The notes beneath the pieces were generated by a model that was not told the origin of the DNA, did not search any database, and worked only from the letters and a program-made list of their open reading frames with translations. A DNA stretch of 63,442 nt, counting the filler, from Lenisia limosa (taxonomy: Eukaryota > Protista > Breviatea): the NCBI GenBank assembly GCA_001655205.1. It is 17 parts of 17 records of this genome, joined end to end, with 100 filler letters (N's around TTAATTAATTAA, not from the genome) between each part and the next. Parts side by side here need not be neighbours in the genome. Positions count along the whole stretch, not along the records: positions 21,413 to 26,123 come from LPNZ01004595.1; positions 26,224 to 27,669 come from LPNZ01008577.1; positions 27,770 to 29,786 come from LPNZ01009978.1; positions 29,887 to 31,560 come from LPNZ01007005.1; positions 31,661 to 33,778 come from LPNZ01007724.1; positions 33,879 to 42,038 come from LPNZ01011217.1; 11 more parts are not named here. One strand, given 5' to 3'. Shown here piece by piece: positions 21,413-34,027 of the stretch. The number at the start of each line of letters is the position of its first letter. The stretch's first letter is position 1. The translations under genes and the position numbers were made by a program.

Positions 21413-24400
21413 TATGTGTCAACATCGCATGAAGGTAGATCATTGGGCGTCAGGTACACGGTGTTACCTGAAGGGGAGGGTGAAATTGGAGAATTTATGA
21501 AACAGAAAAAAAAGCCCAAAAAACAACCCTGTTGGCTAACAACACATTGGCTTGAAATAAAGCAAAAAAACAAAACAAAAACTAAAGAGAGAGAAGTAAA
21601 ATAGAAATATATAATCATGTACTTTATGATATATGAACAAATGCATTTTCCTCCCTCACCTTTATCCACAAATCCCCTCAGAGTCTTCATGAGGTCCTTG
21701 GTCTGAACCATCTCCATTTGCGTCATACTGTTCATAACAATCCAAACGTTGCTGGAAACTCCACCTACACACGTGACCATGAGATGCATTTGTGTATTTG
21801 TGTGTAACTTTAGTGATTTTGGAATAGAGATTCAATGGTGTAATTGTGGAATATTTGAGATTCAGTTTTATGATTATTCCTGAGGAATTAGTTGAGGTTT
21901 TCTCTTGTGATTCTTCATGATTCATTAATGCTTGCATGTCACATGATTAAAGTATTAACTATTTTTATATTTTTTTTGTTATTATTTCTCTCCCTGGAAG
22001 TATGTTATGTTTTTTCCCAAATAGAGACTGGATTCTCGATAAATCCTGGTATGAAAAACTCCAAGAAAATATTGATAGTTTTCGAGGATTTATCGAGGAG
22101 TTCAGATATTGTCCGGCAGGATCGAAGTGAAGACCAAATCGCCACGTACCAAATTTACGTGCCGCAAGCCAATGCTGGCCTCTGTTGATCACGGCGCCGC
22201 TGATTTGCTCCGGATCTAAATAATGAGAGGGAAAGTTCCCCAGTTGAAGCTGTCTTCAAAAAAGAGAATTCCATCCAGCAATTGGATGGCTACTTGTAAA
22301 AGTCAGAACCAACGACGGATGCTGGGACAGCTTCTGGTTAGGAGTTCGAAAAAAGACTGAATATCTCGATACATCCTCGAAAACTATCTATATTTTCCCA
22401 AGTTTTTTCGAACCGAAGTGAAACCCTAGTTGTGATCCCCACCAATTGACCCTAAACCCTTGGATGACTACTTGTAAAGTTTCACTCGCGAAAACAATTT
22501 GATAATTTAATCCCAAGGTAGAATGTGAAAACGATAAAACGATGATTAAGGCAAGATAACAATGATAAAAGCAAGATAAAACGAAAATAAAGGCAAGATT
22601 AACAGATAATAAAGACAAGATAAAGATGAATGGATTATTGGGTTGAGAAAACAGAGTCAACTATGCTACACCCCATTCTAAATAAAACTATGACAAAGTA
22701 GTTGTAATATAATAATAAAGAAATCAAGTGGCAATTCAACCCCCCTCCCCCTCCTCCCCACATGACTGGAGAATTTGCCCTTCTTCTGAAGCCAAGGGAG
22801 TCATATCGCATCCCATCTACACCAGTAATAAATGCTTCCTCACGATCCTCCTCTGCAATAATATGTTGATATATTTATGGTTTGAGAGTGTTCACATGTC
22901 TGATTTTGATTAGGGTATTTCATATAATATTCTAAAAGTTTTCCCAAAAACTGTAATATTGCCAGATTCCCGAATTGGGTTCATTTTGAAATAGAGAAAA
23001 TACTGTGCATGAACAATTGCGAACAATAAAATCACTTCAGGTTCCAAAAATAACTGAATTAACCAAAATCCTCGATCATACACAATCGATATAATATGTA
23101 TATCAAGGAACAGAAAGTGAAGCTCAAGAAACTGGACAATGACTGGTAACTTCGTTCCATATTTCGACAGTTTATCAGTCTGGTTTGGACTGGAGCGAAG
23201 TCCTAACTGTAAATGATTAACACCCAGGGCTTCACTTAGGTACTAAAACTACGGGTAAACTACCACCGAAATATATCGTCGATTTATCGAGAAATTCACT
23301 CATTTTCCGGATCGGAACGAAGACTTAGTGAGATCAAGTTGGTGTTATTTCTTGATGGAGTATTGTCTGTTTTCTGGCTAGAAAAATATCAACATTAAAA
23401 AATCCTCGAAAACTATCAAATTTTACCAGTCTTTTTCGAAACGAAGAGAAGACCTAATCACCCCACCCCCCACACCTGCCTCAGACTGGCCAAAACGACC
23501 TCCACTGAGAAGAATCCTGTGTCATCCACATTGTGCGACTTTTCCTGGGGAGGGGGGGGGGGGAANNNNNNNNNNNNNNNNNNNNNNNNNNNNNNNNNNN
23601 NNNNNNNNNNNNNNNNNNNNNNNNNNNNNNNNNNNNNNNNNNNNNNNNNNNNNNNNNNNNNNNNNNNNNNNNNNNNNNNNNNNNNNNNNNNNNNNNNNNN
23701 NNNNNNNNNNNNNNNNNNNNNNNNNNNNNNNNNNNNNNNNNNNNNNNNNNNNNNNNNNNNNNNNNNNNNNNNCTTCACTTCGATCCAAAAACGAACTTTC
23801 AGCTTTCAATAGATTTCGAAGATTACGAGAAATTTACTCTTTTTCCGGGCCGAAGTGAATCCCTGTATATGACAAGCCGAAGTCAAGCCCCCAGCTGTAT
23901 ATGTTTCTGACTAGGGCTTATGTTTCTGACTAGGGCTTCACTTCGGTTCAAAAAAAAAGACTGATTTTCTCGATAAATCCTCGAAAACTATCGATATTTC
24001 CCCGGGTTTTTTTCGAACCGAAGTATGACAGACCCAACAACGTCCAATCTCAACCTACTCTTTGNNNNNNNNNNNNNNNNNNNNNNNNNNNNNNNNNNNN
24101 NNNNNNNNNNNNNNNNNNNNNNNNNNNNNNNNNNNNNNNNNNNNNNNNNNNNNNNNNNNNNNNNNNNNNNNNNNNNNNNNNNNNNNNNNNNNNNNNNNNN
24201 NNNNNNNNNNNNNNNNNNNNNNNNNNNNNNNNNNNTTTATGATTTGTGAAACAAAATAAAAATAATAATAAAAAACAACTCTGTAAACGAAAATATTCAT
24301 CAAAAAAGGAAAAAAAAAAAAATCAAATTGCTCTTAGTTTTGATCCACCCGATATTAATCACCACAAAACAGTATTTCTCATTTTGTCCCAACTTATCCA

Positions 24401-25012
24401 CCCACCTGAGCATTCTCTCCTGTCTGTCTAAGCTCTGGGCTACTTCAGCCATGGTACCAGCGTCCGTAAAGGGGCCCTTAAAGTATTTGTGAATTGGAGC
24501 AATTTACTTCAAGGGCAGAAAACGTTTAATATGGAAGGGGAAGAAAACTAGACATATACAAGGACCTGGTAGAGGAGGGTGTGCAGGTGACTACAACGCG
24601 ACGTTTGTAAGAAATGGGAATCCCACTTCTTCATAAGAATTCCAAATAGATGCGCCGTAGTGAAAGAGACGTTGAGATTGATCATTAAGCCCCTTCATGT
24701 CTGCACTATTTGCAAGACAAATTCAAGGAATTGTAAGATTATAAAGAGGTTTTGGAAGTTGCCCCTTCCTAATAGTTCTCTTGTTTCGCCCAAGGGTGGG
24801 TATAGCCCAATTCCACCTTCAAGGGGCCAATACAATGTTGAGATGAGAAATAAAACAAGAAGAAAGAAGTATTTCTAGTATGTGATCAGCTATGCTACTC
24901 TTACCTGAAGAAGATTGTTCACACAATGAACCGCGCATGTTGCTGTTAGCTCTTCCTGGTGCTCAAAGAACAGTTTAGCCTTGACTGTATCTTCTGAGAC
25001 TTGGCCTGACAT
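21413..25012 (-). CDS. ATXN3: Ataxin-3-like Josephin-domain deubiquitinase, 3' truncated
   Basis: LFFEHQEELTATCAVHCVNNLLQ (catalytic Cys)-GPFTDAG..LDRQER, HNVDDTGFFSVEVV, INRGQHWLAARKFGG..WIVMNS (His/Asn), GNTVYLTPNDLPSCDVD (ataxin-3 GYSIFVVKGDLPDCEAD). Confidence 0.9.
23225..24024. mobile_element. Cluster of MITE family C copies in ATXN3 introns
   Basis: Copies at about 23225-23326, 23385-23457, 23773-23865 and 23931-24024. Further copies nearby at 22020-22134 and 22339-22428. Confidence 0.8.
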
Positions 25013-25270
25013 GCTCTGATCTTGGGGTGAACTTATTTAGGTTTCTACCGCTGATGGCGCTATCCTCCTGATCTTCTCAGCCTCAACGCTTCTCAAAACA
25101 ACAAACAAACCTGAAACAAACAAACAACAACACACAACAAGGTCAATCACTTCACCACACCAAACCACGTAGCCCGGTAAACCTGACTTTGGTGAAATCC
25201 CTTTTCTGAGGGATGCAAGTCTAGAAACTTAAAAATTAGAGGATACAAGTACTATAGTTTTATTATCCAG

Positions 25271-26015
25271 GACAGCGAAATCAATTTTTCCGTTCTGGTA
25301 TTACCATGCCATTCCCAAATTTCGAGGATGTTCCCTCAGTCCTTCTCGTTGCTGTTATCCCGCCTACACTGTTTTTGAGGGTGAGAAGTTCGAGATTTCT
25401 AACCGATTCTTTGAAATGACGATCGGATTTTACGACTCTTTCAAGGTTGTAAAGCAGCTTTGGTATGAGTAATTTTAAAAAATTCACCATTTCTACTTAG
25501 CGCTAAACTTTAATTCATATGACATCTGTGTATATCGGATATTGGATTATACATTCATTGGGCCTTTGTTTTTTGACACATCTCATAATCTGAAGATACT
25601 CCTACAGCACTGGTTTTCACTTCACTGCTACGCCCAAGACTTCTGAGATCAAGAACGGCAAGCACCATCGCAGGTATTTTTCAAGATGTTTAATGAAAAT
25701 CCTCTTATGTGTAGCTTCTCCGGTATTGTGTTATACCGTAACAACGAGGTCCAGACTCTCCTCGAGGTTCACGGTGAGGAGAAGGTCAAGAAGTTCACCA
25801 CCCCTGGTGCGTTCATCAACTCTGTCTGCATTGACGGAAGTCAACTATTCAAAGAAAATGTGTTGTTCAATTCCACACAGAAGAAAACGGTTAGTTTGGA
25901 ATACTCCTTTTTATTTATATTTTTATTTTATTTTTTATTTTATTTTTTGTTGTCATTTTATTGGTTAAATTATTTTTAGGTCCCAACTTGTTCTTCTGTT
26001 CTTTCGGTGATGAGT
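25271..26015 (+). CDS. Hypothetical protein, divergent from ATXN3, partial
   Basis: Phase-consistent exons ..CCYPAYTVFEGEKFEISNRFFEMTIGFYDSFKVVKQL-CTGFHFTATPKT..HHR-SFSGIVLYRNNEVQTLLEVHGEEKVKKFTTPGAFINSVCIDG. Family not recognised. Confidence 0.55.
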
Positions 26016-26223
26016 ATGTTCTCAACCGGACAAGAAGAAGAGAAACATCTTCGTATGCCTTGTTTTTTTTTTTGTTATCTTTCACACTGGCATATGTGTG
26101 TATTATGTGTACCAGGCATAATANNNNNNNNNNNNNNNNNNNNNNNNNNNNNNNNNNNNNNNNNNNNTTAATTAATTAANNNNNNNNNNNNNNNNNNNNN
26201 NNNNNNNNNNNNNNNNNNNNNNN

Positions 26224-27297
26224 AGTGTCCCCCAGGCAGTTTAGTTGTCCATCATCTGTCGATCCAAGGATGCCAGTGTAACGTCCCTCTCAAATCCCCT
26301 GTTCACGCCCCCTACCCGATGTGTGACTATTGTGCTGCAGGTGAGATGGGCGGATTCATTGTTTTCTTTACATTGTTTTCGTTACTGGACTTGTTGACAC
26401 TTGCCCCCTCCCTCTTTGGGCTTGTTTTTTTTTTTTTTTAAATAGTATTATTTTTTGTTTATGCAATTAACTCATCTTACCCGAAGATCAAAAAGTATAA
26501 ATATTTTGTTTTTGGTGTAGTTTCTGTTTTTGTTTTTGTTTTTGTTTTACCCCCCAGGAACATTCTACAACTNNNNNNNNNNNNNNNNNNNNNNNNNNNN
26601 NNNNNNNNNNNNNNNNNNNNNNNNNNNNNNNNNNNNNNNNNNNNNNNNNNNNNNNNNNNNNNNNNNNNNNNNNNNNNNNNNNNNNNNNNNNNNNNNNNNN
26701 NNNNNNNNNNNNNNNNNNNCTCGGGATGTGAGAACGTGGGGAGAGGGGGGGGGGGCTGCATCATATACAATATGATATATTTACCCAACTATTCCAAAAA
26801 GTAATTTTTTTTAAAACAATTTAGTGTCCTGCTGGCTTAACAACCTTATATGATATATACACAACTATTCCTAATATAACACATGGGTGTATATGACAAT
26901 TTAGTGTCCTGCTGGCTTTACGACCATCGAAGAAGGCCCGGATTCCGCTGTCAATCATGACTCTATTTTCGACTGGTGGGGGGGGGGCGGATAGAATTGT
27001 GCCAAATGAAGGCCATGTTCTAATTTGGGATCACCATTAGGGCTTCACTTCGGTTCGAAAAAGACTGATATAATATCGATAGTTTTCGAGGATTCAGTCT
27101 TTTTATGAACCGAAGTGAAACCCTAATAACCATTAAGATTTGCGAATTCCAGAAATTACTTCTGATATCGAAATGATGAACTATCTTGAGTGTTTCAGAG
27201 TGTTGTTTGTTTTGTTTTATATTTTTAACGTCTTAGTGTCTGTCCTCTTGGGCAGGAGCTAAGAGTGGCTGGTTGCACACCATGTCCACATGGACTG
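26224..27297 (+). CDS. Cys-rich repeat (GCC2/GCC3, ephrin-receptor-like) surface protein fragment
   Basis: CPPGS.., MCDYCAAG-TFYN, CPAGFTTIEEG..DC, GCTPCPHG. Confidence 0.7.
27038..27125. mobile_element. MITE family C copy
   Basis: TA-GGGCTTCACTTCGGTTCGAAAAAGAC..GTCTTTTTATGAACCGAAGTGAAACCC-TA. Confidence 0.9.
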
Positions 27298-27989
27298 AGT
27301 AAGCTGAAGGGGTTTTGCGGTTTGGTTTTTGTTTTTTGAACAAGAGAAAATAATAAGGACCTGGTGCAATTTAATTGCACAATTTCAAGTGACATGTTGT
27401 AAACTCAATTTCAAGTAACAGATTGTAATGTAAATTCAATTTCAAGTGACACTTTAATTTCAAATTTTGCCAATTCATATCTTCAGAAAAATTAATTGCA
27501 CGGAGCCTAATATAGATAAGAAATCTAGGGAAATACTTAAATAATTAGGTATGGTTTTAATATGGGGTTTGGTTTGTTTTGGCTTCACTTCGGTTTGAAA
27601 TAAGACTGAATTTTTCGAAAGCTACCAATGTTTTAGCGGTTTTTTTTCGAACCGAAATGAAGTCCTAATNNNNNNNNNNNNNNNNNNNNNNNNNNNNNNN
27701 NNNNNNNNNNNNNTTAATTAATTAANNNNNNNNNNNNNNNNNNNNNNNNNNNNNNNNNNNNNNNNNNNNACAAAACAAACAAAACCCAGGCCAGAAATGG
27801 ATAACTACCATGAAACAATAGCCCCCTAAAAAAAATGTCCATTACTCAGGCGGTAAAACACTATTCTTGAAAACAAGTGGGGCGGATTATTAGGGGTCTT
27901 ACTGATTTAACATTAATCAACATTGAAAATAACTTTTTATTGCCCTGATTTCGTCCAGCTCTATGACAAAGGTCTGGATGACTCAAGTA

Positions 27990-29500
27990 TCTCCTACCTT
28001 CTTCCACCATATCTGTGTCCTCGCTCATCTGAATAAATTAACAAAATCACAACAGTTAAGCACAAAGGCCTCACTTCGGTTCAAAATTGAGTGGCCATTT
28101 TTTGCAAATACTGATTTAAAATAAAAATACTCCTTCCTTTTTAAACCGCACCTTCATTGCCATCAAAAGCTCCTCCTTCTCATCGAGAGTCATGCCCTCT
28201 AGGTCTTCCGCAGTCAAACCGAGTGCAATAAACTCCTACATCATCATCATTGATGTTAATTTAAGAAAGATACACACAAAACATACATATATATGATATA
28301 TATACTATATAGCAATGAGAAATAAAAAATAAGGTTGTATCNNNNNNNNNNNNNNNNNNNNNNNNNNNNNNNNNNNNNNNNNNNNNNNNNNNNNNNNNNA
28401 TCAAAAAAGCCAGGGTTGTGAGAGTCGAACTGGCTGCCACCAACCTTCTCCATTGCCTTCTCCTTGTCCTCTGGCGTTTCCTCCTTCGTCTCAACTGGTG
28501 CCTCCTCTTCTACAGACATGGCCAAAGCTGCTGCCAACTCAGGATCGTCAAATTCATCCTCAGCTTCCTGAGGGGAGGGGGTAATAATGAAACATTTGTG
28601 AAACTAAAAAAATTCCAAAATCAATTCTGTTTTGAGAAAGCAAGGATTGAAAACAAATCTAATGGCTAGCATTTGGAAAACACACAAGGATTAAAAACAA
28701 CAAAACAAACAAAACCAAGACCAGTGGCTTCTTTATACTATTGTCCACGCAGAAAGCTGTGTTCACAGAGTTGTAAGGCAAATGNNNNNNNNNNNNNNNN
28801 NNNNNNNNNNNNNNNNNNNNNNNNNNNNNNNNNNNNNNNNNNNNNNNNNNNAAGAAAACAATAACCTTTCAAAAATTGTCTTTTTTTTGCAAGACAGCAA
28901 ACTTTATCGCAAATTATTTTTTTAGCGCCACGCTCGCGCTTTTACGAGTTAAATTGTTGTGAAGTTGACCGTAACATGAAAAAGAGACAGTCACAGAAAA
29001 TTGAATTAACGACAATAATTCGAGTTAACAACATAGTTTAGGACCTCGAGCATATTATACATATAGTATATCATATTTACTCTTTATCCATTATTTGCCG
29101 AACTAGCTGCCCATTACATACCATGCCGCCTTCAACAACAGCGCCGGTTTCTGACGGGGCATCAAAGGCTCCTTCAGGGTAAATAAATGACAGAAATGGG
29201 GCCGGCGAACAATGGTATTTTTCGATTGAGGAAACAAAAAAAAACAAGTATTGCCTCTCCCCCCGGGTCCATCCCAACTAACCCGCTTGGTCCTGAAGAG
29301 ACATTCTGATTGCCTGGAAAATCAAAAGATAACAAAATGTGAAAATTCATCATTAAACCCCCAGAAAAGAAGGTGGAAAGGGAAATGAGACCCCCTCCCA
29401 CCAAGGCCATATCCGGGTCGGCTTGAGGATCGATACCCATGGATGCGAAGGCCTCGAGTTCCATTGGAGTGAAGTCGTTCGCGGCGGCGGCGGAGTGGCC
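27990..29500 (-). CDS. PSMD4: 26S proteasome ubiquitin receptor RPN10/S5a, C-terminal UIM region
   Basis: MGIDPQADPDMAL-AIRMSLQDQ (Rpn10 GVDPxxDPELALALRVSM signature) and DDPELAAALAMSVEE (UIM). Confidence 0.85.
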
Positions 29501-29886
29501 AGCTTAAGCGGTAAATAGTGAGTGTTGTTATCCATAGGTAAGGTAGTGTTATTATAAATAGGTAAGGAGTAAATACTTATCCATAGTTGAGAAGTAGATA
29601 GTGCAATTTCCCATAGTTCAAGGGAAGCTACTGTTATCTTCCAAAGCCCAGGTAAATATACTGCTAATTTCCAAGCTTTAGGGTGAAAAGCTCATAGTGC
29701 GTATATCGTAAAAAATGTATAAAGGTCGTTTTTACAGAATATGCAAAATAATAGTACTTTTAATATGTACCAACACAAAAAAAAAANNNNNNNNNNNNNN
29801 NNNNNNNNNNNNNNNNNNNNNNNNNNNNNNTTAATTAATTAANNNNNNNNNNNNNNNNNNNNNNNNNNNNNNNNNNNNNNNNNNNN

Positions 29887-31502
29887 CCGCCACCGCCACA
29901 GCTGCCGTACCTCTGGTGGTTGGCTATCACTTTTTCGTATTCGGCACGTGACTTCTCCAGCCGCCTCCTTTGATCCTGGAATGTGAGGGTTGATGGAAAA
30001 TTTCAAACAAAAAAATCCCAAAATCAACTCTGTCGGTTGACAACACACGGGGTTGAGACAACATAACAAAAAGTACTATTCGAATAAAGGGCTTCATTTC
30101 GGTTCGAAAAAACATATCGATAGTTTTCGAGGATTTATCGAGAAATTCAGTCTCTTTTTGAACCGAATTGAAACCAGTGATACATCAGATATTGCAATTT
30201 GACTTTACCCCCCAAACTTTGATTGCATTGAACTCGAAATCCGAGAAATGCTCAAGATGCGTAACGGCGTTGTTGCCGATTTCATTGCCCATGGCCTCCA
30301 ACGCGTGACCAAGTTGGAGCTGCTGCACGCCGTACGTTTCGAGAGCGGAGTCTGAGAAGTAAAACAATTATATGATAGTATATATTTTTTTTAAAAAAAA
30401 AAACCAAAATCAACTCTGTTGGCTGAGAACACACCAGAGTTGGTAACAACAAAACAAACAAAACCCAGGCTAGTCGCTATCCCAACCCGCCAACGACTTT
30501 GATGAAATATTGGGGGGNNNNNNNNNNNNNNNNNNNNNNNNNNNNNNNNNNNNNNNNNNNNNNNNNNNNNNNNNNNNNNNNNNNNNNNNNNNNNNNNNNN
30601 NNNNNNNNNNNNNNNNNNNNNNNNNTAATCCATCACTCCCTCACCAAGAGTCTCATTTCCCTCCAAAGTGCAGGTACACAGGGTGCTGATCTCTCTGCTG
30701 TATTCCAGAAGAGTCTTTCCCAAAGCTAAAGGGGGTAAAACGAAAGATTACATTAGAATACGTACAGTTGCCGCGATAAGTCCTGAAACGACTGAATAAA
30801 GACAACACACAATATCCGTGAGAATGAAGATAAAGCTAAATATCCGTGTTAGGACTTATCGCGCTCAGTATATACCTGGGTTTATCACTTTTTTCATTGT
30901 TCTAAATCACATTTATGTACCAAGGTTTTATTTATACATTTGTCTTGTTCTAAAAAGTACATTTCTATTTAATAATTCAAGGGAGGGCGCCGAGGAGCGT
31001 GGGCGCAAAAGCATGGTAATTTGTTTATGGTATCCCTATGTATTTATTTGTTTCCCTAGATTTCTAATGTATATTATTTCTCTTGTTTTAAAAAAATTCT
31101 GAAACGTACATTGTGATTTTTCAGACACCTCGCGAGAAAGCTTGGCGAGATTCTTGACACATGTGCGCATTCGCTCAACGTGCTAGAGAGAGAAATGAAA
31201 AGGTATTTTGAAATTAAAAAGGATGTTTGCGAGTAAAGATATATTAAGGAACCAAAAAAGCCTTGAAAGAAAAAAAAAGATGTTTGGCTGAATTATGTAA
31301 CTGGCCGAAGCCGACCACACCATTATATTGCTATGAGAAATAATGGATTGTAGTAATTAAGTCACCCAATCATTGACCTTTAGCGAGACTTATAGGTATA
31401 TGGCCCTCTCTCACGCCCTCCATCAGTCGGATAGTCTGCCGCACTTGCGGGGTGTCTGGGATACGTGCGGTGTGAACAGCCTGGTTTCCGACTAACACAA
31501 TC
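29887..31502 (-). CDS. BAR-domain (endophilin-like) protein fragment
   Basis: ETLGEGVMD..SALETYGVQQLQLGHALEAMGNEIGNNAVTHLEHFSDFEFNAIK-DQRRRLEKSRAEYEK parallels endophilin BAR helices 2-3. Confidence 0.6.
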
Positions 31503-31774
31503 TATGGGAAGGGGGGAGTGAAATTGGAATTTATGAAACAAAAAAACCCAAATCAACTCTNNNNNNNNNNNNNNNNNNNNNNNNNNNNNNNNNNNNNNNN
31601 NNNNTTAATTAATTAANNNNNNNNNNNNNNNNNNNNNNNNNNNNNNNNNNNNNNNNNNNNATAGTTCAAATAAATTCACAGATAGAGGAAAATTCACAGA
31701 TATATGGACGGTGTGATATACATGTATGTACTTTAAGTGTATGAATAATGCACAAAAGCCGACGGAGACATTGT

Positions 31775-33778
31775 CGAAAGACGGACTAACCTGGATAGCC
31801 TTCTTTTTAGCAGCATCCTTCTTCTGCTCTCTCCGCTCAGCATTGCGGCTGCAGACCTGTCATTGTCAGTACCTTATATCGTTTGTGGAGACACCCATAT
31901 GACATTACACTATTCAGCGGTAAATCATAGGGTGCAGTGTGGAATGAAAAAGGAAACAGGAAACAAATGTTGGGGGTGTGGTTATATCAGTTGTTTTAAG
32001 AACTTCCACAAAAATTGTGTTATTAATGTAGGCGTTTTCAACTCGACTGTCGATTCGATCTTTTTGTTTTTGTGGCAATGATTAATTCTCAAGAATAGCC
32101 CCACCCCTCCCTACCTTGGTGATGGTCTTGATGCTGGAGACAAACTCTTCCGCCGCACCTTCGCGAGATCTTCCCTATAGTTTGTTAGGAGAACCGTCGA
32201 GACGTTGCTTCAATGACGACAATCATCACTGCCATCCCATCATCACGATTGTAAAGGCCAAATAGCCCCCCCCCCCCCAACTNNNNNNNNNNNNNNNNNN
32301 NNNNNNNNNNNNNNNNNNNNNNNNNNNNNNNNNNNNNNNNNNNNNNNNNNNNNNNTGTCCTGGGGGGGGGGGGCGTCAGCTTTACCCGGATAGAAAGCAA
32401 GGAAACACATATGTACATAAACGACGAAACAGAAGGATACATAAAGCGAAGGAGCCCGCAATCCAAGTCGCCCCTAGAATCCAAGAAAGACCGCAGTAGG
32501 AAACCAACCTCCAGGGCTCTTGAGAGGAGGTCAAGCCCAACGTTGGTCAGCTGGTTGTCGTCAATGTGCAGCGTAAGCAGGTGTGTGTTCTCGCGCAGGA
32601 CGATGCAGAGTTGCTGCGAAGGGTGAGGACTAGTTGCGGCGTTGAGAACGAAGCAGCAGCAAAATTCATTATTTGAGGAAATTAATTAGAAAATAAAGTG
32701 TCTGGAATAGGGTTCTCGTTACACTATGTCAATTAATTACACGGAGCCCTAGCTAGAAGCCAACCTTGACAGCCTCGTCACCGAAGGCATGGCCGGAGAA
32801 GTCCACGCGTTTGATCTTCGAATTGCGGTCCAGAATGTTGAAGAGCTGGGGGGGGGGGGGNNNNNNNNNNNNNNNNNNNNNNNNNNNNNNNNNNNNNNNN
32901 NNNNNNNNNNNNNNNNNNNNNNNNNNNNNNNNNNNNNNNNNNNNNNNNNNNNNNNNNNNNNNNNNNNNNNNNNNNNNNNNNNNNNNNNNNNNNNNNNNNN
33001 NNNNNNNNNNNNNNNNNNNNNNNNNNNNNNNNNNNNNNNNNNACTGGCGGGGTAAATGGGGAAGTAATGGGGGTATTGGACAAGGAGGGAAGGTGTCATC
33101 GTAATTATGTAAGCTCGTATCGTATGAAATAAGATATGCTATGTGTTGAGGGTTTATTGAACAATACAATAATATGTAGAAGAAAATAAAATAATGGAGC
33201 TACGCTTAAGCGGTTAATCATATCGCTATTTCTGAATACGCTCCATCACGCCTACGTTGAGGGTTCTGAGGCTCTCGTTGTTACGCAGGAACTCTATGAC
33301 AGCATCCAGAACAGGCTACGGGGTGAGTGGTGAAGTGGGGGGGGGGGNNNNNNNNNNNNNNNNNNNNNNNNNNNNNNNNNNNNNNNNNNNNNNNNNNNNN
33401 NNNNNNNNNNNNNNNNNNNNNNNNNNNNNNNNNNNNNNNNNNNNNNNNNNNNNNNNNNNNNNNNNNNNNNNNNNNNNNNNNNNNNNNNNNNNNNNNNNNN
33501 TGTGTAGCGGCCATGTCCAGCAGTGCCTTGACGGTGAGCGAGGGGGGATGGAAATGGTTTGTTACAAAACCAAAAACGTCGAGAGGCAAAGCCATGAAGA
33601 ACACAAAATGTCAAGTGGTCTTGGACCAAAGGGAGAAGAATGAAGAATGAAGAGTAAGATAAAACGAAGAAAATTTCGATGTAACAAATAACACAAAGAA
33701 GGGATATAACAGTGAAGAGGACGCACCTTGATGCCCGAGAGGCCGAGCTTGTTGTCGCTCAGGTCCAGAGTGTGCAGG
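31775..33778 (-). CDS. RNI-like leucine-rich repeat protein (CARMIL/NLRC3-like) fragment
   Basis: LHTLDLSDNKLGLSGIK, VIEFLRNNESLRTLNVG, ILDRNSKIKRVDFSGHAFGDEA, VLRENTHLLTLHIDDNQLTNVG. Confidence 0.75.
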
Positions 33779-34027
33779 NNNNNNNNNNNNNNNNNNNNNN
33801 NNNNNNNNNNNNNNNNNNNNNNTTAATTAATTAANNNNNNNNNNNNNNNNNNNNNNNNNNNNNNNNNNNNNNNNNNNNACCAATCACGAACCGAGAAATC
33901 TGAAAATTCAAACCAAAAACAAGCAACAGCAAATACCCCACCACCATAACTGTACAAAAGATATAACCTCTCCTTAACTTTAGAGATATGATTAGGGCTT
34001 CACTTCAAGTAACAGCAATTACCCCAC

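Noticed and set aside
27046-27062. GGTTCGAA in MITE C as a Pol III B-box or tRNA remnant
   Set aside because: It lacks the downstream TCC and an A-box, there is no cloverleaf, and it is simply part of the TIR.
21413-29500. UIM-containing segment (27990-29500) as the missing C-terminus of ataxin-3
   Set aside because: It lies on a different scaffold and carries the RPN10-specific GIDPQADPDMAL signature.
31420-31502. Exon IVLVGNQAVHTARIPDTPQVRQTIRLMR as a ribosomal uL30-like gene
   Set aside because: The resemblance is weak, and it fits equally as an N-terminal exon of the adjacent BAR gene.
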